A DNA stretch of 64,000 nt from the NCBI GenBank assembly GCA_964447895.1, contig CAYUUN010000003.1:15825-79824 (forward strand), given 5' to 3'. Source of the stretch: an uncultured Bacteroides sp. (GTDB lineage: Bacteria; Bacteroidota; Bacteroidia; Bacteroidales; Muribaculaceae). The position numbers were made by a program, and so were the translations under genes. This document shows, one piece after another, positions 62,273 through 64,000 of the stretch; within the stretch, counting starts at the first letter, position 1, and the number at the start of each line of letters is the position of its first letter. The notes below the pieces were generated by a model, which saw only the letters and a list, made by a program, of their open reading frames with translations, was not told where the DNA came from and ran no database searches.

Positions 62273-62687
62273 AAGCGGAATGCTGCAATTCGTGCGGTTC
62301 TGTGTCGTGGGTGTAATGAACACGTGCGTCACGCTGATTGTGATATTCGTGTGCAAGTCGTGGCTGGGAGTTAATCCTTATCTGTCCAACGCGCTGGGAT
62401 ATATCTGCGGATTGATTAACTCTTTCCTCTGGAACAAACAATGGGTGTTCCGCTCCGACAAAGGTTATAGGAACGAGGCTCTGCGATTCGCAGCAGGCTT
62501 CGCGCTGTGCTATCTGCTGCAGTTTCTGGTCGTGTGGGCCATGTCGTCGGGCAGCTTCGGGAAAAAGGAGTTTGAATTAGGCGCATTCGTTCTTTCAGGC
62601 TACGGCGTGGCCACGCTTGTGGGCAACGTGGTGTACACGGCCTGCAACTTCGCCTACAATAAAATTGTAACTTTCAAAAAAGGCTGA
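62259..62687 (+). CDS. GtrA family membrane protein
   Basis: 142 aa, 4 TM segments, FVRFCVVGVMNTCVTL N-terminal GtrA motif. Confidence 0.8.
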   Translation: MKGTKSGMLQFVRFCVVGVMNTCVTLIVIFVCKSWLGVNPYLSNALGYICGLINSFLWNKQWVFRSDKGYRNEALRFAAGFALCYLLQFLVVWAMSSGSFGKKEFELGAFVLSGYGVATLVGNVVYTACNFAYNKIVTFKKG

Positions 62688-62916
62688 GCTGCACGCCCTC
62701 GCGCTTCTTCATATACACGTTGAGGACACGGCTCCATCCCTGCGTGACATTCCGCAGAGTGATCCTGATCATGCCGGCAGCTTCTCCTAAAATTTTCTTA
62801 AGCTGCGCTATTATATCGGAAGTGGATATTACTCCGCTCAGGCGGATATTTGCAATGTTGCGGCCATGAAGCGTGGCGGATGCGAAAACGATGTCGTTGA
62901 TGTCGAAGGTATTCAT
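62674..62916 (-). CDS. Hypothetical 80-aa protein with no recognisable family
   Basis: ATG 62916 (MNTFDINDIVFASATLHGRN...) is preceded by its own -7 box. The ORF-track start 62979 would run through a hairpin. The region is AT-richer than its surroundings. Confidence 0.45.
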   Translation of the reverse strand: MNTFDINDIVFASATLHGRNIANIRLSGVISTSDIIAQLKKILGEAAGMIRITLRNVTQGWSRVLNVYMKKREGVQLSLF

Positions 62917-62943
62917 AATTCTGTCGCGTTGTGGATTACACGA

Positions 62944-62951
62944 CAAAATTA
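62944..62951 (-). promoter_or_regulatory. -7 promoter box for the 80-aa ORF
   Basis: Minus strand reads TAATTTTG, 27 nt upstream of ATG 62916. Confidence 0.4.
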
Positions 62952-62955
62952 CGAG

Positions 62956-62986
62956 CAGAGGTGTGCAATATCGTTGCACACCTCTG
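62956..62986 (-). terminator. Hairpin / candidate terminator after the MINPP-like gene
   Basis: 13-bp perfect stem CAGAGGTGTGCAA / TTGCACACCTCTG with a 5-nt loop. It starts 5 nt after the stop at 62991-62993. The downstream U-tract is weak (CTCGTAATTTTG). Confidence 0.5.
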
Positions 62987-62990
62987 TTAA

Positions 62991-64000
62991 TTAATCTTGC
63001 ATTTCAAGCGGGAGGCAGTGAATCATATAGTTTCGGGCCTCACTCCAGGGCACGTAAAGCTCGTCGTTGTTGGGCAGCAGCGGCACGGGCTTTTCGTTGA
63101 GGGAGGCGCGGAGATAATACTTGCCCGATTTCGGATTGCGGAAAAGTACAAGCTGCAGGTTGGCCGCCATCGGCACGATATCGAAGTCGCGCCAGTGCAA
63201 TGCCACAGTGTCGAAGTAGTTCGTTAGATAATAGCATCCGCGGAGGCGCAGCAGCGACAGCAGCGGCATGAGCGTCTCGGCGTGGCCGAAGCGCAGGCGC
63301 ACGGTGGTGGTGGCGTCCTTCCCGGCGATGAAATCGTCGGTAGTGTCGACGAGATTACGCACCAGTTCGGCGGCGATATCGGCCGGCACGGTGCTGACAG
63401 TGGACGCCGAATAACGGAGATACTGCCGCAGGTTGAAGCAAGACCAAACGGCATTCAATTCGTCCGGAGTGAAGTATATGAGCGGGTCTACCTCCACCGA
63501 CATTGCGGAGCAACCGGCTACTACTGCCCACTCGCTATAGGCGAGGTTGCGTATATGGTCGGCGTTTTCAAACGGGAACGACTTCCCAAGCGCCCGCATG
63601 ATGGGGCCCGTGGGACACGTATTGTCGAAATATTCACTATATGTGGGTTCCCACACCTTGTTGTCGCGGTACTCGATGTAGGCCTCCACGGTGTCGAAAG
63701 GCCGCATCAGGGGCGAGGTAGAGTGACCGGTGAGGGTGCGGAAAGTCGAAGAATTGTTCAGGCGGTCGAGGCGATGTGTGAAACTGTACATGCTCATCAT
63801 GGCGCGCGGCGAGTAGCTCGACAAGGCATCAACCGTCTTTCCTTTGCCGAAAAGAGAGGGATAATTGCGGTACATGCGAGTGGCTATGCCGGCCTGCTCG
63901 GCCATTCCCAGCGAATCGAGAGCACCCCACTTGCCGTCGCTGAGCGCAATAATGCGGTCGGTGAGCTTCAGCAGATTACGCCCCAGCGATGTGATTGTGC
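62991..64000 (-). CDS. Histidine acid phosphatase (branch 2), MINPP/phytase-like; 5' end outside the window
   Basis: The frame stays open to the window edge. RLRFGHAETLMPLLSLL carries the HAE proton-donor tripeptide characteristic of MINPP-type enzymes. The N-terminal RHGxRxP motif would lie outside the window. Confidence 0.7.
   Translation of the reverse strand, partial: TITSLGRNLLKLTDRIIALSDGKWGALDSLGMAEQAGIATRMYRNYPSLFGKGKTVDALSSYSPRAMMSMYSFTHRLDRLNNSSTFRTLTGHSTSPLMRPFDTVEAYIEYRDNKVWEPTYSEYFDNTCPTGPIMRALGKSFPFENADHIRNLAYSEWAVVAGCSAMSVEVDPLIYFTPDELNAVWSCFNLRQYLRYSASTVSTVPADIAAELVRNLVDTTDDFIAGKDATTTVRLRFGHAETLMPLLSLLRLRGCYYLTNYFDTVALHWRDFDIVPMAANLQLVLFRNPKSGKYYLRASLNEKPVPLLPNNDELYVPWSEARNYMIHCLPLEMQD

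Overview
This is a gene-dense, GC-rich stretch of chromosome with about 62 CDS. I assign it to Bacteroidota, probably Bacteroidales, because almost every intergenic gap carries a TAnnTTTG -7 promoter box, genes lack obvious Shine-Dalgarno spacing, and many genes are joined by ATGA stop/start overlaps. I saw no rRNA, tRNA, CRISPR array, transposase, integrase or phage gene, so this is core genome, not an island.

Gene content, left to right:
- AddB-like Fe-S nuclease, hemW, tdk, a DUF3108 protein
- a three-gene amino-sugar cassette (TagA/WecG-like glycosyltransferase, DegT aminotransferase, acyltransferase-3)
- menD-menB-menC-menE
- rho with a long disordered insert, then a TonB-dependent receptor
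- Crp/Fnr regulator, short aspartokinase, ABC-F ATPase, Dabb protein
- class I fumarase and GH127
- a five-gene operon: DUF3737, PatB/MalY lyase, MATE exporter, minimal HipA-like kinase, DUF3037
- glyA-ispD-recG, a flavin reductase, a TPR protein
- cmk-ispH-exonuclease-lipoprotein-exonuclease, then fabG
- a putative porin plus a membrane-anchored SBP-domain protein
- prfA, pgk, speA, truA, a TIGR01212 radical SAM protein
- RNase E/G with a 220-aa charged tail, an unannotated 29-aa bS22-like gene, HU
- lplA-gcvT-gcvH-gcvPA-gcvPB-lpdA
- tilS, pheS-nth-TRIC-GtrA, an orphan 80-aa ORF, and a 5'-truncated MINPP-like histidine phosphatase

Best leads for undescribed biology:
1. The overlapping minimal HipA-like kinase and DUF3037 pair at the end of the efflux operon.
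2. Two DEDDh exonucleases and a small lipoprotein translationally chained to cmk-ispH.
3. An ABC-F ATPase whose second ATP site looks dead.
4. The bS22-like micro-ORF.
5. Disordered Arg/Lys-rich modules in both Rho and RNase E/G.
6. Several near-leaderless promoters.

All family calls come from reading motifs by eye. I ran no BLAST, HMM or folding, so coordinates of starts, promoters and terminators are predictions.
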